From: Candidatus Omnitrophota bacterium
GTDB lineage: Bacteria; Omnitrophota; Gorgyraeia; Tantalellales; Tantalellaceae
DNA: 64,000 bases
Direction: 5' to 3'
Assembly (NCBI GenBank): GCA_028715965.1
Contig: JAQUQS010000001.1
Span: 97,332-161,331, forward strand
Part shown: positions 1-10,033 of the stretch, piece after piece
Numbering within the stretch: position 1 is the stretch's first letter
Layout: each line of letters starts with the position of its first letter
Notes under the pieces: generated by a model
Told to the model about the DNA's origin: nothing
Seen by the model: only the letters and a program-made list of their open reading frames with translations
Databases searched by the model: none
Made by a program: the position numbers and the translations under genes

Positions 1-1543
1 CGAGTGAGACCTCCGGCAGGTCAAGACCTTCCCTCAAAAGGTTTATACCGATAAGACAATCGAACTTACCCAGCCTCAGGTCGCGGACTATGTCTACCCG
101 GTCAAGCGCGTTTATCTCCGAATGCAGGTACTTGACCCGGATATCCATATCCTTCAGGTATTCCGTAAGTTCTTCCGCCAATCTTTTGGTAAGCGTGGTA
201 ACAAGCGTTCTTTCCCCTTTCTTCGCCCTGGCCTTCACTTCCTTCATAAGGTCATAGATCTGCCCGTCGGTAGGCCTGACCTCTATAGGCGGATCGATGA
301 GCCCCGTAGGCCGTATCACCTGTTCGGCGATAACAGCACTCGTATCCTTCTCATACTCACCCGGCGTTGCCGACACAAAAAGTATCGACGGGGCTATTTC
401 CATGAACTCATCAAATTTAAGCGGCCTGTTATCAAGGGCCGACGGCAACCTGAACCCGTAGTCGACCAAAGTACGTTTCCTGGCCTGGTCGCCGTTATAC
501 ATCGCGTGAAGCTGGGGCAATGTCACATGTGACTCATCAATGATAATAAGGTAATCGTCCTCGAAATAATCCAGCAAACACCATGGCCTGGACCCCGGGT
601 CGCGCCCCGATATGTGCCGCGAATAATTCTCTATGCCGTTACAATACCCGAGTTCTTTGAGCATTTCCAGGTCATACGCTGTTCTTGACATCAGCCTCTG
701 GGCCTCAAGAAGCTTACCTTCCCCGTTGAGTTCCTTAAGCCTGCTGTCGAGTTCCTCTTTTATCGATCTAACCGCGCTATCTATCTTATCCTGCGTGGTG
801 ACGAAATGCTTGGCCGGATATATGGAGATCTTGTCCAGATCAGTTATTATATCCCCGGTAACAGGGTCTGTTTCAGATATGCGCGAGACTTCGCTGCCAA
901 AGAATTCTACCCTTATCGCGGTCTTCTTATAAGCCGGCAGCACTTCGATGATATCGCCCCTTACGCGGAATTTGCCCCTGTCCAGGTCCATGTTATTCCG
1001 CTCATACTGTATGTCCACGAGTTTCCTGAGGAATTCTTCCCTGGAAAGCGTCTGGCCCGTACGCGCCTCGGCAAGCATATTGGAGTAGTCCTCGGGCGAC
1101 CCCAATCCGTATATACATGAAACACTTGCGACTATCAATACGTCCTTGCGCGACAGTATCGAGCTCGTAGCCGATAACCTCAACCTGTCTATATCCTGGT
1201 TTATGGACGCGTCTTTCTCTATATAAAGATCGGTCTGAGGCAAATACGCCTCCGGCTGGTAATAATCATAATAACTTACGAAATACTCTACGGCGTTATC
1301 CGGGAAGAATGACCTGAATTCGGAATACAACTGGGCGGCAAGCGTTTTGTTATGCGATATCACAAGCGTGGGTTTGTTGAGCCTGGCTATTATATTGGCC
1401 ATGGTAAAGGTCTTGCCGCTCCCGGTCACACCAAGGAGCGTCTGGCGGATATTACCACGGGAAAGGGACCCAAGTATGGTTTCTATCGCCTGGGGCTGGT
1501 CCCCCGAAGGCTTAAGGTCTGTCACAAGATGGAATGCGTCCAT
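1..1543 (-). CDS. uvrB: Excinuclease ABC subunit B (UvrB), N-terminal 514 aa. The 3' end is cut by the window edge.
   Basis: Minus-strand translation from the ATG at 1543 reads [76 protein letters not shown]..., with the GVTGSGKT Walker A and the typical UvrB N-terminus. There is no in-window stop, so it is absent from the ORF track. Confidence 0.85.
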   Translation of the reverse strand, partial: MDAFHLVTDLKPSGDQPQAIETILGSLSRGNIRQTLLGVTGSGKTFTMANIIARLNKPTLVISHNKTLAAQLYSEFRSFFPDNAVEYFVSYYDYYQPEAYLPQTDLYIEKDASINQDIDRLRLSATSSILSRKDVLIVASVSCIYGLGSPEDYSNMLAEARTGQTLSREEFLRKLVDIQYERNNMDLDRGKFRVRGDIIEVLPAYKKTAIRVEFFGSEVSRISETDPVTGDIITDLDKISIYPAKHFVTTQDKIDSAVRSIKEELDSRLKELNGEGKLLEAQRLMSRTAYDLEMLKELGYCNGIENYSRHISGRDPGSRPWCLLDYFEDDYLIIIDESHVTLPQLHAMYNGDQARKRTLVDYGFRLPSALDNRPLKFDEFMEIAPSILFVSATPGEYEKDTSAVIAEQVIRPTGLIDPPIEVRPTDGQIYDLMKEVKARAKKGERTLVTTLTKRLAEELTEYLKDMDIRVKYLHSEINALDRVDIVRDLRLGKFDCLIGINLLREGLDLPEVSL

Positions 1544-1588
1544 AATATCGATACTGAAGATCGTCGGTCCTTAAAGGCACAGAAGGGA

Positions 1589-2482
1589 TCACCCTCTCCT
1601 GTAGACTACTTCCATACTGAGATCCAGGCCCTTTACCGTACCGGTAAGGGCGCCTATGGAGATCATGTCCACGCCTGTCACGGCATATCCCATGATATTG
1701 GCCTCGTTCATCCCTCCTGAGACCTCAAAAAGCACTTTTCCCTCAAGATCTTTTTCCCTGCGGCATTCGACAGCTTTGCGAATGGTCTCCGGGTCCATGT
1801 TATCCAGCATTATGACATCGGGAGCGGCTTCCAGGGCATAACCGCACTCGGCGAGTGTTTCGACCTCTATTTCCACGCGTATATTGGATTGTACGTTCTT
1901 ACGCGCACGATGAACTATCTCTTTTATCACCTTTTCACTGTCGGCGTTATCTTTCTGCATCGCGAACGCTTTTATATGGTTATCCTTTATCAGCACCATA
2001 TCGTAGAGACCCTGCCTGTGGTTATATCCGCCACCTACCCTCACCGCGTATTTCTGCAGATACCGGTGAAGAGGTATCGTCTTCCGGGTGTCGTATATCT
2101 TCACCCCTGTCCCTTTGACCATCTCAACGATAGATCTCGTTCTTGTCGCCGTACCACTGAGCATACTGAGAAAGTTAAGCGCCACGCGTTCCGCCTTTAA
2201 TATGGACCACGCTTCTCCCTCAATAAAAGCTACTTCCTGCCCGGGGTTCACATTATCCCCGTCAGACACCATGGGTTTGAACTTCAGGCAATAATCCACC
2301 GAGGCGAACACCCGTTCTACTACCCCCATACCGCAGATAACGCCTTTTTCCCTGGCTATGATCACGGCATCAGCCACAAGGAACCTGTCCAGAACCGCCT
2401 GGGACGTTATATCCCCCGTCCAGATATCTTCCTTGAGCGCGAATCGCACTATCCGGTCTATCCTTTTTTTATCTAATTCCAT
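1589..2482 (-). CDS. nadC: Nicotinate-nucleotide pyrophosphorylase (quinolinate phosphoribosyltransferase).
   Basis: The 297-aa ORF carries the QPRTase signatures (..GGGYNHRQGLYDMVLIKDNH.., ..DVIMLDNM.., ..SGG..) and has typical NadC length. Confidence 0.9.
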   Translation of the reverse strand: MELDKKRIDRIVRFALKEDIWTGDITSQAVLDRFLVADAVIIAREKGVICGMGVVERVFASVDYCLKFKPMVSDGDNVNPGQEVAFIEGEAWSILKAERVALNFLSMLSGTATRTRSIVEMVKGTGVKIYDTRKTIPLHRYLQKYAVRVGGGYNHRQGLYDMVLIKDNHIKAFAMQKDNADSEKVIKEIVHRARKNVQSNIRVEIEVETLAECGYALEAAPDVIMLDNMDPETIRKAVECRREKDLEGKVLFEVSGGMNEANIMGYAVTGVDMISIGALTGTVKGLDLSMEVVYRRG

Positions 2483-2492
2483 AACACATCCT

Positions 2493-3215
2493 CTATCCCC
2501 GTGTGTCCTTCCCGGAAAGCATTTCGATCTCAGCCCGGGTAAGTTCCCTGTATTCGCCCCGCCTCAAACGTCCGAGAGAAAGCCCCGCGTACTTTACCCG
2601 GTCAAGCGCCTGGACCCTGACCCCCGCCTGCCTGAACATCTCGCGTATCTGCCGTTTACGACCTTCGTGGAGATAGACCCTGTAAACGGTCCCCTCTCCT
2701 GAAGTTCTTTCCGTCTTTATCACGCATGGCGCGGTTTTCCTGCCCTCGACCTCGATCCCCGACGATATCCTCTTTATATCGTTATCCCCAAGTTTACGCC
2801 CCACGGTGACCAGATATTCTTTTTCTATCCCGAAACTCGGATGCGACAACCTGTTAGCCAACGGTCCATCGTTCGTGACCACCATTAGTCCTGTAGTATC
2901 CTTGTCGAGCCTTCCAACCGGGTACAAACGTGCTTTTATTTCCCGGAAGAAATCTGTCACCTTTTTTCTCCCATGAGTATCGATAGCAGTGGATATAACG
3001 TCTACGGGCTTATTGAGCATAAAATAATATTTCTTCTCGTGGCCAACAGGAACACCCTTAACACATACCTTCTGTTTGCTCGGATCTACCTTGTGACCTT
3101 TCTCCCTGACGACCACACCATCGACAGTGACCTGTCCGTTCTCTATCACGCTTATCGCGGCCCTCCTCGAGGCTACTCCCGCGTGCGCAAGGAATGTTTG
3201 TAATCTTTGTTCCAT
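2493..3215 (-). CDS. rRNA pseudouridine synthase of the RsuA/RluB family, with an N-terminal S4 domain.
   Basis: The 240-aa ORF has an S4-like N-terminus (LQTFLAHAGVASRRAA) and the catalytic-Asp motif VGRLDKDTTGLMVVTNDG. Confidence 0.85.
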   Translation of the reverse strand: MEQRLQTFLAHAGVASRRAAISVIENGQVTVDGVVVREKGHKVDPSKQKVCVKGVPVGHEKKYYFMLNKPVDVISTAIDTHGRKKVTDFFREIKARLYPVGRLDKDTTGLMVVTNDGPLANRLSHPSFGIEKEYLVTVGRKLGDNDIKRISSGIEVEGRKTAPCVIKTERTSGEGTVYRVYLHEGRKRQIREMFRQAGVRVQALDRVKYAGLSLGRLRRGEYRELTRAEIEMLSGKDTRG

Positions 3216-3254
3216 ATTATCGGGATTCTCCGGGATGAACGGCGTCAGCCCATA

Positions 3255-5939
3255 TCACAGCAAAGCGGATATGTTCTCTTTGAGGTCTTCGATCTGGTGC
3301 CGGAATCTTTCCTGCTTGTCTTTCTCCTTATTGACGACATCCTCGGGAGCGTTCTCGAGAAAAGACCTGTTCCCGAGTTTCTTGGTTATACCATTAAGGT
3401 ATTTCTCAAGCTCGGAGACCTTTTTATCTATGCGTTCCTTCTCCCGGTCTATGTCGACAGCCTCACCAAGAGGTACATAGACATTTATGTTCCCGACAAG
3501 GGCCGCCACCGACCTCTCGGGCCTGTCTATCTGCCCGCCGATGGCTGCCACGGTCGACCTTGACAGCCTCTCGATGTAAGGCAGGTTATCCTTGATCGCC
3601 GCGATCTTATCGCCCGAGGGAACGTTCAGGAAGACCTCGATCTGCGTGGTCTGCGGTATGTTCCAGAAAGCACGGATATTCCTTACCCTTGTTATTATAT
3701 CAATGATGACCGCCATAGAAACCTCTGAATCCTCATCATCGAACCCATTGTCCGACACGGGCCATGCCGCGATCATTACGCTCCCCTTGCACGTAGGTAC
3801 CTTATCCCATATCTCTTCGGTTATGAACGGCATAATAGGATGCAGCAATTTAAGCGATACCGCGAGCACATGGACCAATATCTCACATGTGTTCAACCGG
3901 TTCGATGCCAGTTTTGATATTTCCAGGTACCAGTCACAGTATTTATGCCATATAAAGTCATACAATTCCATCGCGGCGTCGTTAAAACGATACGCCTCAA
4001 GGCTTTTCTGCACCTTATCGATCGTACGGTTAAGATTGGACAATATCCACTTGTCCGCGAGCGTCAATTTGTCCCTGTCTATCCTTCCCGAGATGTCCTG
4101 CCCCTCCGTGCTCATAAGGACGTACCTCGACGCGTTCCAGAGCTTGTTTGCGAAATTACGGCCTATTTCGAACTTGTCCCTGGAAAGAAAAACGTCCTGC
4201 CCTTGGGAGGTAATGGATATTATACTGTATCTCAGGGCATCACTGCCGACCTCACGAACGACATCAAGCGGGTCTATCACGTTCCCGAGGGATTTAGACA
4301 TCTTGGTCCCGGTAGCGTCACGTACAGTACCATGTATGTATACGTCCTTGAACGGTACGTCCCCGCGGAACTTGATCCCGGCCATTATCATCCTGGCCAC
4401 CCAGAAGAATATGATCTCCTGCGCAGTGACAAGGGCGTCCGTGGGATAGAACTTCTTGAGGACCTCGGTCTCATCCGGCCAACCCATGGTCGAGAACGGC
4501 CACAGCCACGAACTGAACCAGGTATCCAGCACATCAGGGTCCTGCTCGATATCCACCGAACCACAGTGAGGACATTTATCCGGGACATCACCTACAAAAA
4601 TACCCGGAGTATGTGGTTTATCTACCTCCACGTCCAGTACGTTATCGAACTTCAGACAGCCTTTACAGTACCACACGGGTATCCTGTGCCCCCACCATAT
4701 CTGCCTGGATATGCACCAATCCCTTATATTATCCATCCAGTTAAGATAGACCTTGGTCCATCTCTCGGGATAGAACCTTATCTTGTCATCTTTTACCGCT
4801 TCTATGGCCGGACCGGCAAGTGGCTTCATTTTCACGAACCACTGTTTTGACAAACGTGGTTCGACCACTGTATGACACCTGTAACAGTGCCCGACCGCGT
4901 GCCTGTGGTCCTCGCTCTTGATGAAAAGATGCCTTTGTTTCAGGTCCTCTATGATCGTTTCCCGGCACTCGAACCTGTCCATCCCCTCGTAATCGCCGCC
5001 GAGGCTGTTTATCTTTCCATTGGCATCCATGACATTAATGCGCGGCAATCCATGCTTTGTGCCAAGCTCGAAATCCACGGGATCATGCGCGGGTGTGACC
5101 TTGAGCGCTCCAGTCCCGAAAGTCGGGTCAACGTTCTCGTCAAAGATCATCTTTATCTCGCGCCCCACCAATGGAAGTATCAACATCTTGTCCTTGAGAT
5201 GGGCGCGGGCCTCATCTTTGGGATTTATCGCGACAGCCACGTCCCCGAGCATGGTCTCGGGCCTCGTGGTAGCAACCACGACATAATCCTCGTTCTCTTT
5301 TTCCAGCTTTTCATGTCCCTTGACGGGATATTTTATGTAGTACAGTTTCCCTTCCACATCCCTGTGTTCCGCCTCCTCGTCACTGAGCGCGGTCTCGCAC
5401 CGTGGACACCAGTTAATGATATAATCCCCTTTGTACAGAAGACCATCCTCGTAAAGCCTGAGGAATACTTCCTTTACAGCACGTGAAAGACCTTCGTCCA
5501 TAGTGAACCTGGTACGGTCCCAGTCACATGAACATCCCAGGCGTTTCAACTGGCGTATAATAGTGGAGCCATACTCCTCTTTCCATGTCCATACGCGCTC
5601 TATGAACGCTTCCCGCCCCAGCTCGTCACGTGTGAGACCTTCTTTAGCCAGCTGTCTTTCCACTACGTTCTGCGTGGCTATTCCGGCATGATCGGTGCCG
5701 GGCATCCACAACGCCTCATGCCCCTGCATGCGCTTCCACCTGACCAGTATATCCTGTATGGTATTATTCAGCGCATGCCCCATATGCAGGATGCCTGTTA
5801 CGTTCGGAGGAGGGATGACTATACTGTATTTTTTTTTGCCACTTTTCTCGTCCGCGTGGAAAGAACCGTTCTCCACCCATCCTTGATAGGTCTTCTCCTC
5901 GGACAATAGCGGATCATATTTAGTGCTTAATTCGCTCAT
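3255..5939 (-). CDS. valS: Valyl-tRNA synthetase.
   Basis: The 894-aa ORF has the class I HIGH-type motif (PPPNVTGILHMGHA), KMSKSLGNVIDP, and a ValS-like C-terminal coiled coil. Its start overlaps the upstream gene's stop (ATGA). Confidence 0.95.
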   Translation of the reverse strand: MSELSTKYDPLLSEEKTYQGWVENGSFHADEKSGKKKYSIVIPPPNVTGILHMGHALNNTIQDILVRWKRMQGHEALWMPGTDHAGIATQNVVERQLAKEGLTRDELGREAFIERVWTWKEEYGSTIIRQLKRLGCSCDWDRTRFTMDEGLSRAVKEVFLRLYEDGLLYKGDYIINWCPRCETALSDEEAEHRDVEGKLYYIKYPVKGHEKLEKENEDYVVVATTRPETMLGDVAVAINPKDEARAHLKDKMLILPLVGREIKMIFDENVDPTFGTGALKVTPAHDPVDFELGTKHGLPRINVMDANGKINSLGGDYEGMDRFECRETIIEDLKQRHLFIKSEDHRHAVGHCYRCHTVVEPRLSKQWFVKMKPLAGPAIEAVKDDKIRFYPERWTKVYLNWMDNIRDWCISRQIWWGHRIPVWYCKGCLKFDNVLDVEVDKPHTPGIFVGDVPDKCPHCGSVDIEQDPDVLDTWFSSWLWPFSTMGWPDETEVLKKFYPTDALVTAQEIIFFWVARMIMAGIKFRGDVPFKDVYIHGTVRDATGTKMSKSLGNVIDPLDVVREVGSDALRYSIISITSQGQDVFLSRDKFEIGRNFANKLWNASRYVLMSTEGQDISGRIDRDKLTLADKWILSNLNRTIDKVQKSLEAYRFNDAAMELYDFIWHKYCDWYLEISKLASNRLNTCEILVHVLAVSLKLLHPIMPFITEEIWDKVPTCKGSVMIAAWPVSDNGFDDEDSEVSMAVIIDIITRVRNIRAFWNIPQTTQIEVFLNVPSGDKIAAIKDNLPYIERLSRSTVAAIGGQIDRPERSVAALVGNINVYVPLGEAVDIDREKERIDKKVSELEKYLNGITKKLGNRSFLENAPEDVVNKEKDKQERFRHQIEDLKENISALL

Positions 5940-7513
5940 CTCTTTTTCTTTTCGTCCTTCATGAATTTATATTCGATCGAGTCCTTGAGCGCGAGCCAGC
6001 TGGCCTCAATGATATTCTCGGATACCCCGACCGTCCACCACGAATCTGTCCTGTCCTGTGACTGTATGAGCACCCTTACAGGCGCGGCCGTGGCCGCTTT
6101 CTCGTCGAGCACCCTTACCCTGAAATCCGAAAGGTGCATTTCCTTCAGGGATGGATAGAATTCCATGAGACATTTCCGTAAGGCCTGGTCCATGGCATGA
6201 ACGGGACCGTCACCAAGGGAAACAGTATGCCTGTACTCATTCCCTATTTTAAGTTTTACAGTAGCTTCGGACACAACCGGTCCGTCCCCCCGCTTTTCGA
6301 CTATGACCCTGAAATCCTCCATGTCCAGGTGTTTTTTGAACGTATCAGAAGCCTTCTGCATCAAAAGGAGCAGGGACGCTTCCGCCAGTTCGAACTGGTA
6401 TCCCGCTTTCTCCATGTCCTGCACACAGTTGAGTATCTCTTTGGCCCGCCTGGAATCCTTATCCATATTTATCCCCATCTCGCCGGCCTTGTCGATTATG
6501 CTGGATTTTCCGGAAAGCTCCGAAATAAGCATTCTCCTCTTATTTCCCACTGTCTCGGGGGGAAGATGCTCATAAGTCCTGGGGTTCTTGAGCATGGCGT
6601 TCACATGCACCCCGGCCTTATGGGCGAACGCGCTCTTGCCCACATACGGCTGGAAATCCTGTTGTTTGACATTGCTGATCTCGGATATATACCTGGATGC
6701 TTCCGTCAATTCCTTGAATCCGAACGCCGTAAGACATGTCATCCCCAGCTTGAACTTAAGAGCGGGCAGGATAGAGACCAGGTTGGCATTCCCGCATCTT
6801 TCGCCATAACCGTTGAACGTACCCTGGACATGATCACATCCCGCCTGTACCGCCGCGACCGAGTTCGCGACAGCCATTTCCCCGTCGTTATGTACATGTA
6901 TACCAAGCGGAGCGTTAATCGTTTCCTTGACCTCTTCCACTATTTCAAATACACGCCCGGTCAATGCCCCACCATTAGTGTCGCAGAGTACCAGCGTCTC
7001 GGCCCCTCCGGCAAGCGCCGCTTCGAGCGTCTCTATCGCGTATTCGGGATTATCTTCATAACCGTCAAAAAAATGTTCGGCATCATATATGACCTTGCGA
7101 CCTTTCTGCCTCAAGTACCTTACCGAATCCTCGATCATACTGAGGTTCTCCTTGAGCGTGGTCCTGAACACGCTTTTCACGTGCAGATCCCAGCTTTTTC
7201 CAAATATCGTAACATACGAGGTCTTGGCCTTGAGGAGACCCTTCATCACCACGTCTTCGGAAGCCTTGACTCCCGCCCTCCGCGTACTGCCGAAAGCGAC
7301 AAGTTCGGCCTTTTTAAGTTTAAGGCCTTTGGCGGCTTCGGCGAAGAACTCATCATCCTTCGGGTTCGACCCCGGCCAGCCACCCTCTATAAAATCCACA
7401 CCGATCTCATCCAGTTTCTGGGCAATACGCATTTTGTCCTTTACGCTGAAAGAGATGCCCTCCGACTGGGACCCGTCCCTGAGGGTTGTATCGTAAATGA
7501 ACACTTTTTTCAT
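5936..7513 (-). CDS. cimA: Citramalate synthase / 2-isopropylmalate synthase family protein, CimA-like long form with a C-terminal LeuA-dimer domain.
   Basis: The 525-aa ORF has the N-terminus MKKVFIYDTTLRDGSQSEGISFSVKDKMRIAQKLDEIGVDFIEGGWPGSNPKD, typical of the LeuA-related citramalate synthase clade, and an HMGL-like TIM barrel. Assignment to CimA versus LeuA is by resemblance only. Confidence 0.75.
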   Translation of the reverse strand: MKKVFIYDTTLRDGSQSEGISFSVKDKMRIAQKLDEIGVDFIEGGWPGSNPKDDEFFAEAAKGLKLKKAELVAFGSTRRAGVKASEDVVMKGLLKAKTSYVTIFGKSWDLHVKSVFRTTLKENLSMIEDSVRYLRQKGRKVIYDAEHFFDGYEDNPEYAIETLEAALAGGAETLVLCDTNGGALTGRVFEIVEEVKETINAPLGIHVHNDGEMAVANSVAAVQAGCDHVQGTFNGYGERCGNANLVSILPALKFKLGMTCLTAFGFKELTEASRYISEISNVKQQDFQPYVGKSAFAHKAGVHVNAMLKNPRTYEHLPPETVGNKRRMLISELSGKSSIIDKAGEMGINMDKDSRRAKEILNCVQDMEKAGYQFELAEASLLLLMQKASDTFKKHLDMEDFRVIVEKRGDGPVVSEATVKLKIGNEYRHTVSLGDGPVHAMDQALRKCLMEFYPSLKEMHLSDFRVRVLDEKAATAAPVRVLIQSQDRTDSWWTVGVSENIIEASWLALKDSIEYKFMKDEKKKR

Positions 7514-7544
7514 AATGACCCCTTTTGCGCCCTTCTATAACGGC

Positions 7545-8795
7545 CTATTTTTTCCTTTTGGACGACCGCTTCTTCTCTCCAAGCCCGAAAGCCTTATGTA
7601 TCACACGGACCGCCCTGTCAGCATCTTGTTTTTCCACTACACACGATATCTTTATCTCGCTCGTGGAGATCATGCCGATGTTTATCTTCTCGGTAGCCAG
7701 GGCCCTGAACATCCTGGCGGCAACACCGGAATGGCTTCGCATTCCTATGCCGACCACCGAGACCTTAGCGATGTTCTTATCGAATTTCACGCCCTTAGCG
7801 CCTATGTGCTTCACTATGCTCTTTATGACATTCTGGGTCCTGGTAAGGTCCTTTTCCTCGACAGTAAAGGAAATGTCGGTGGACCTGGTCCTGGAAATGT
7901 TCTGTACTATCATATCCACGTTCACATCCGCCTTCGCGAGTTCCTCAAATAGCTTGCTGGCCTCACCTGGCTTATCAGGCACATCGCAAACGGTTACTTT
8001 GGCCTCGTTCTTGTTCGAGGTCACGCCCCTGACCAAAACATCTTCCATATCCTTGACCTCCCTGGTTACCAATGTCCCTTCTTCCGGGGACATGCTTGAT
8101 CTTATCTGCATGGGAACGTTGTATTTGCCGGCCACTTCCATGCTCCGAGCCTGCATTACCTGAGCCCCGAGAGAAGCCATTTCCAGCATTTCCTCATAAG
8201 TTATCGTGCTCAATTTACGCGCATCCGGCACGACCCTGGGATCCGCGGTATACACGCCTTTCACGTCGGTATATATCTCGCACAGGTCCGCGGAAAGGAC
8301 TTTTGCCAGCGCTACCGCCGTCATATCGCTGCCACCGCGTCCGAGAGTGGTTATCTCGTGGTCCGGATTTATACCTTGGAAGCCGGCCACTATAACAACC
8401 TTGCCCTTGGCCAGTTCCTTTTTTATACGCTTAGTGCCGACATCCAGTATCTTGGCCTTGGTATGTGAGGAGTCTGTCACAATGCCGACCTGGGCCCCGG
8501 TGAAAGAGATCGCTTCCACTTCCCTTTCATGCAGGGCCATAGCTAGAAGCGCTACAGAGACCTGTTCCCCCGTAGAAAGCAGCATGTCCATCTCCCGGTC
8601 CGACGGGTTATCCGTTATCTGGGACGCGAGCTCCACAAGTTCGTCGGTAGTGTCCCCCAAAGCCGACACCACTACGACCACATCGTTCCCTTTTTGTTTT
8701 GTAAGCGCTACTCTACGCGCCACCCCTTTTATCCTGTCGGGATTGGCCACGCTGGAGCCACCGAATTTCTGTACTATGACTTTTCTCCTGCCCAT
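7545..8795 (-). CDS. lysC: Aspartate kinase.
   Basis: The 416-aa ORF begins KVIVQKFGGSSV and has the amino-acid kinase fold followed by two ACT domains. Confidence 0.9.
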   Translation of the reverse strand: MGRRKVIVQKFGGSSVANPDRIKGVARRVALTKQKGNDVVVVVSALGDTTDELVELASQITDNPSDREMDMLLSTGEQVSVALLAMALHEREVEAISFTGAQVGIVTDSSHTKAKILDVGTKRIKKELAKGKVVIVAGFQGINPDHEITTLGRGGSDMTAVALAKVLSADLCEIYTDVKGVYTADPRVVPDARKLSTITYEEMLEMASLGAQVMQARSMEVAGKYNVPMQIRSSMSPEEGTLVTREVKDMEDVLVRGVTSNKNEAKVTVCDVPDKPGEASKLFEELAKADVNVDMIVQNISRTRSTDISFTVEEKDLTRTQNVIKSIVKHIGAKGVKFDKNIAKVSVVGIGMRSHSGVAARMFRALATEKINIGMISTSEIKISCVVEKQDADRAVRVIHKAFGLGEKKRSSKRKK

Positions 8796-8829
8796 TTCCG
8801 TCCCTTATATTTGCTTTTTCTGTCCCGGG

Positions 8830-10029
8830 TCATTTCGATATCAATAACTTCATCAGTTCATGCCCGTGTTTCAACTCCATGCTGCCGGCTTTGGCGGCTT
8901 TTTCCGAGAACACCGTAACACCATCCGGCTCCACTCCTTTACCGGCTATAGCGAACGGTACCGGATCGGAAGTATGGGTCCTTTTCTTGACGGGAGTAGG
9001 ATGGTCCGGGGAGATAAGCACCCTGAAGTCCTTACCACTGTTCTCCATGGCCTTCAAGACCCGCGAAGTGATCTTGCTGTCAAAATTCTCTATGGCTTTT
9101 ATCTTCTCCAGGATATCGCCATTATGCCCGGCTTCATCCGGGGCTTCTACATGTATGAAGACCATATCCATCTCGTCAAGCGCCTCGAGCGCCGCTTCAG
9201 CCTTTCCGCTGTAATCCGTATCGTAATAACCCGTGGCACCGGGCACATCTATGACCCGCAGCCCAAGCACTTTGCCCATTCCCTTGAGAAGATCGACCGC
9301 CGATATTATGGCCCCTGAAAGACCGTAAGCGCTCGAGAACAATGGCATGTCGGGTTTTTTCCCCTGACCCCATACCCATATCATGTCAGCCGGGTTCTGG
9401 CCAAGGTCGATACGAACCTTGTTTATATCATGTCCCTTGAGGACCTCACGCCCCCTGACCATGATATCCACCAGTTCCTGTTCTTTCGGGTAATATTTGT
9501 CTATCGGCTGGTCCAGTATGTCATGGGGCGCGAAACATTCCGTCTTGGCCAGTCTTTCGGCTTCGGTCCGGGACGAACACTTGATAACAAGCAGGTTCCT
9601 GTAGCTTGTCCCGGTATAGAACCTGTAGCGGCTGCTTCCAAGACATCTGTCCAGCTCCTTGACAAGCATATCGGTCTCTTTCGTAGAAATATGCCCGGCC
9701 GAATAATCGGCCATTATACCGTCGGAGATAGATACCATGTTGAACCTGAACGCCACGTCGTTCGGCCCCAGGTCCACACCCAGATTAGCCGCTTCCAATG
9801 GCCCTCTCCCGCAATAATATTTCCGGGGATCATATCCCAATATGGAAAGATTAGCCACATCGCTCGCCGGCGTCATACCTTTTGGGACATTGCTTGATAT
9901 CCCAACGATACCTTTTTTCGCTATCAGGTTCATGCCCGGCGCGTTGGCCACTTCCATACATGTACGGTCATTGAGCTCTTCCAGCGGTTCTCCCGCCATA
10001 CCGTCAGGAACGAGGATAATATACTTCAT
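8830..10029 (-). CDS. Cofactor-independent phosphoglycerate mutase-family protein of the archaeal ApgM type. In this thr-gene context it matches the proposed non-orthologous homoserine kinase.
   Basis: The ORF track gives 8830..10077. The likely start is the internal MKYIILVPDGMAGEP at 10029, which removes the overlap with thrC. It has the metalloenzyme/alkaline-phosphatase-like fold of iPGM family proteins. It sits between thrC and lysC, and no thrB is present in the cluster. Confidence 0.8.
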   Translation of the reverse strand: MKYIILVPDGMAGEPLEELNDRTCMEVANAPGMNLIAKKGIVGISSNVPKGMTPASDVANLSILGYDPRKYYCGRGPLEAANLGVDLGPNDVAFRFNMVSISDGIMADYSAGHISTKETDMLVKELDRCLGSSRYRFYTGTSYRNLLVIKCSSRTEAERLAKTECFAPHDILDQPIDKYYPKEQELVDIMVRGREVLKGHDINKVRIDLGQNPADMIWVWGQGKKPDMPLFSSAYGLSGAIISAVDLLKGMGKVLGLRVIDVPGATGYYDTDYSGKAEAALEALDEMDMVFIHVEAPDEAGHNGDILEKIKAIENFDSKITSRVLKAMENSGKDFRVLISPDHPTPVKKRTHTSDPVPFAIAGKGVEPDGVTVFSEKAAKAGSMELKHGHELMKLLISK

Positions 10030-10033
10030 AAGA

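Noticed and set aside
3592-5486. Several plus-strand ORFs of 200-300 aa
   Set aside because: All lie inside and antisense to valS.
6197-7540. 447-aa plus-strand ORF
   Set aside because: It is fully antisense to the well-supported cimA-like gene. It has no recognisable motifs and a shadow-ORF composition.
8796-8829. Possible lysine riboswitch or leader upstream of lysC
   Set aside because: Only 34 nt separate lysC from the upstream gene. There is no room for a riboswitch aptamer, so lysC is likely co-transcribed with the thr cluster.
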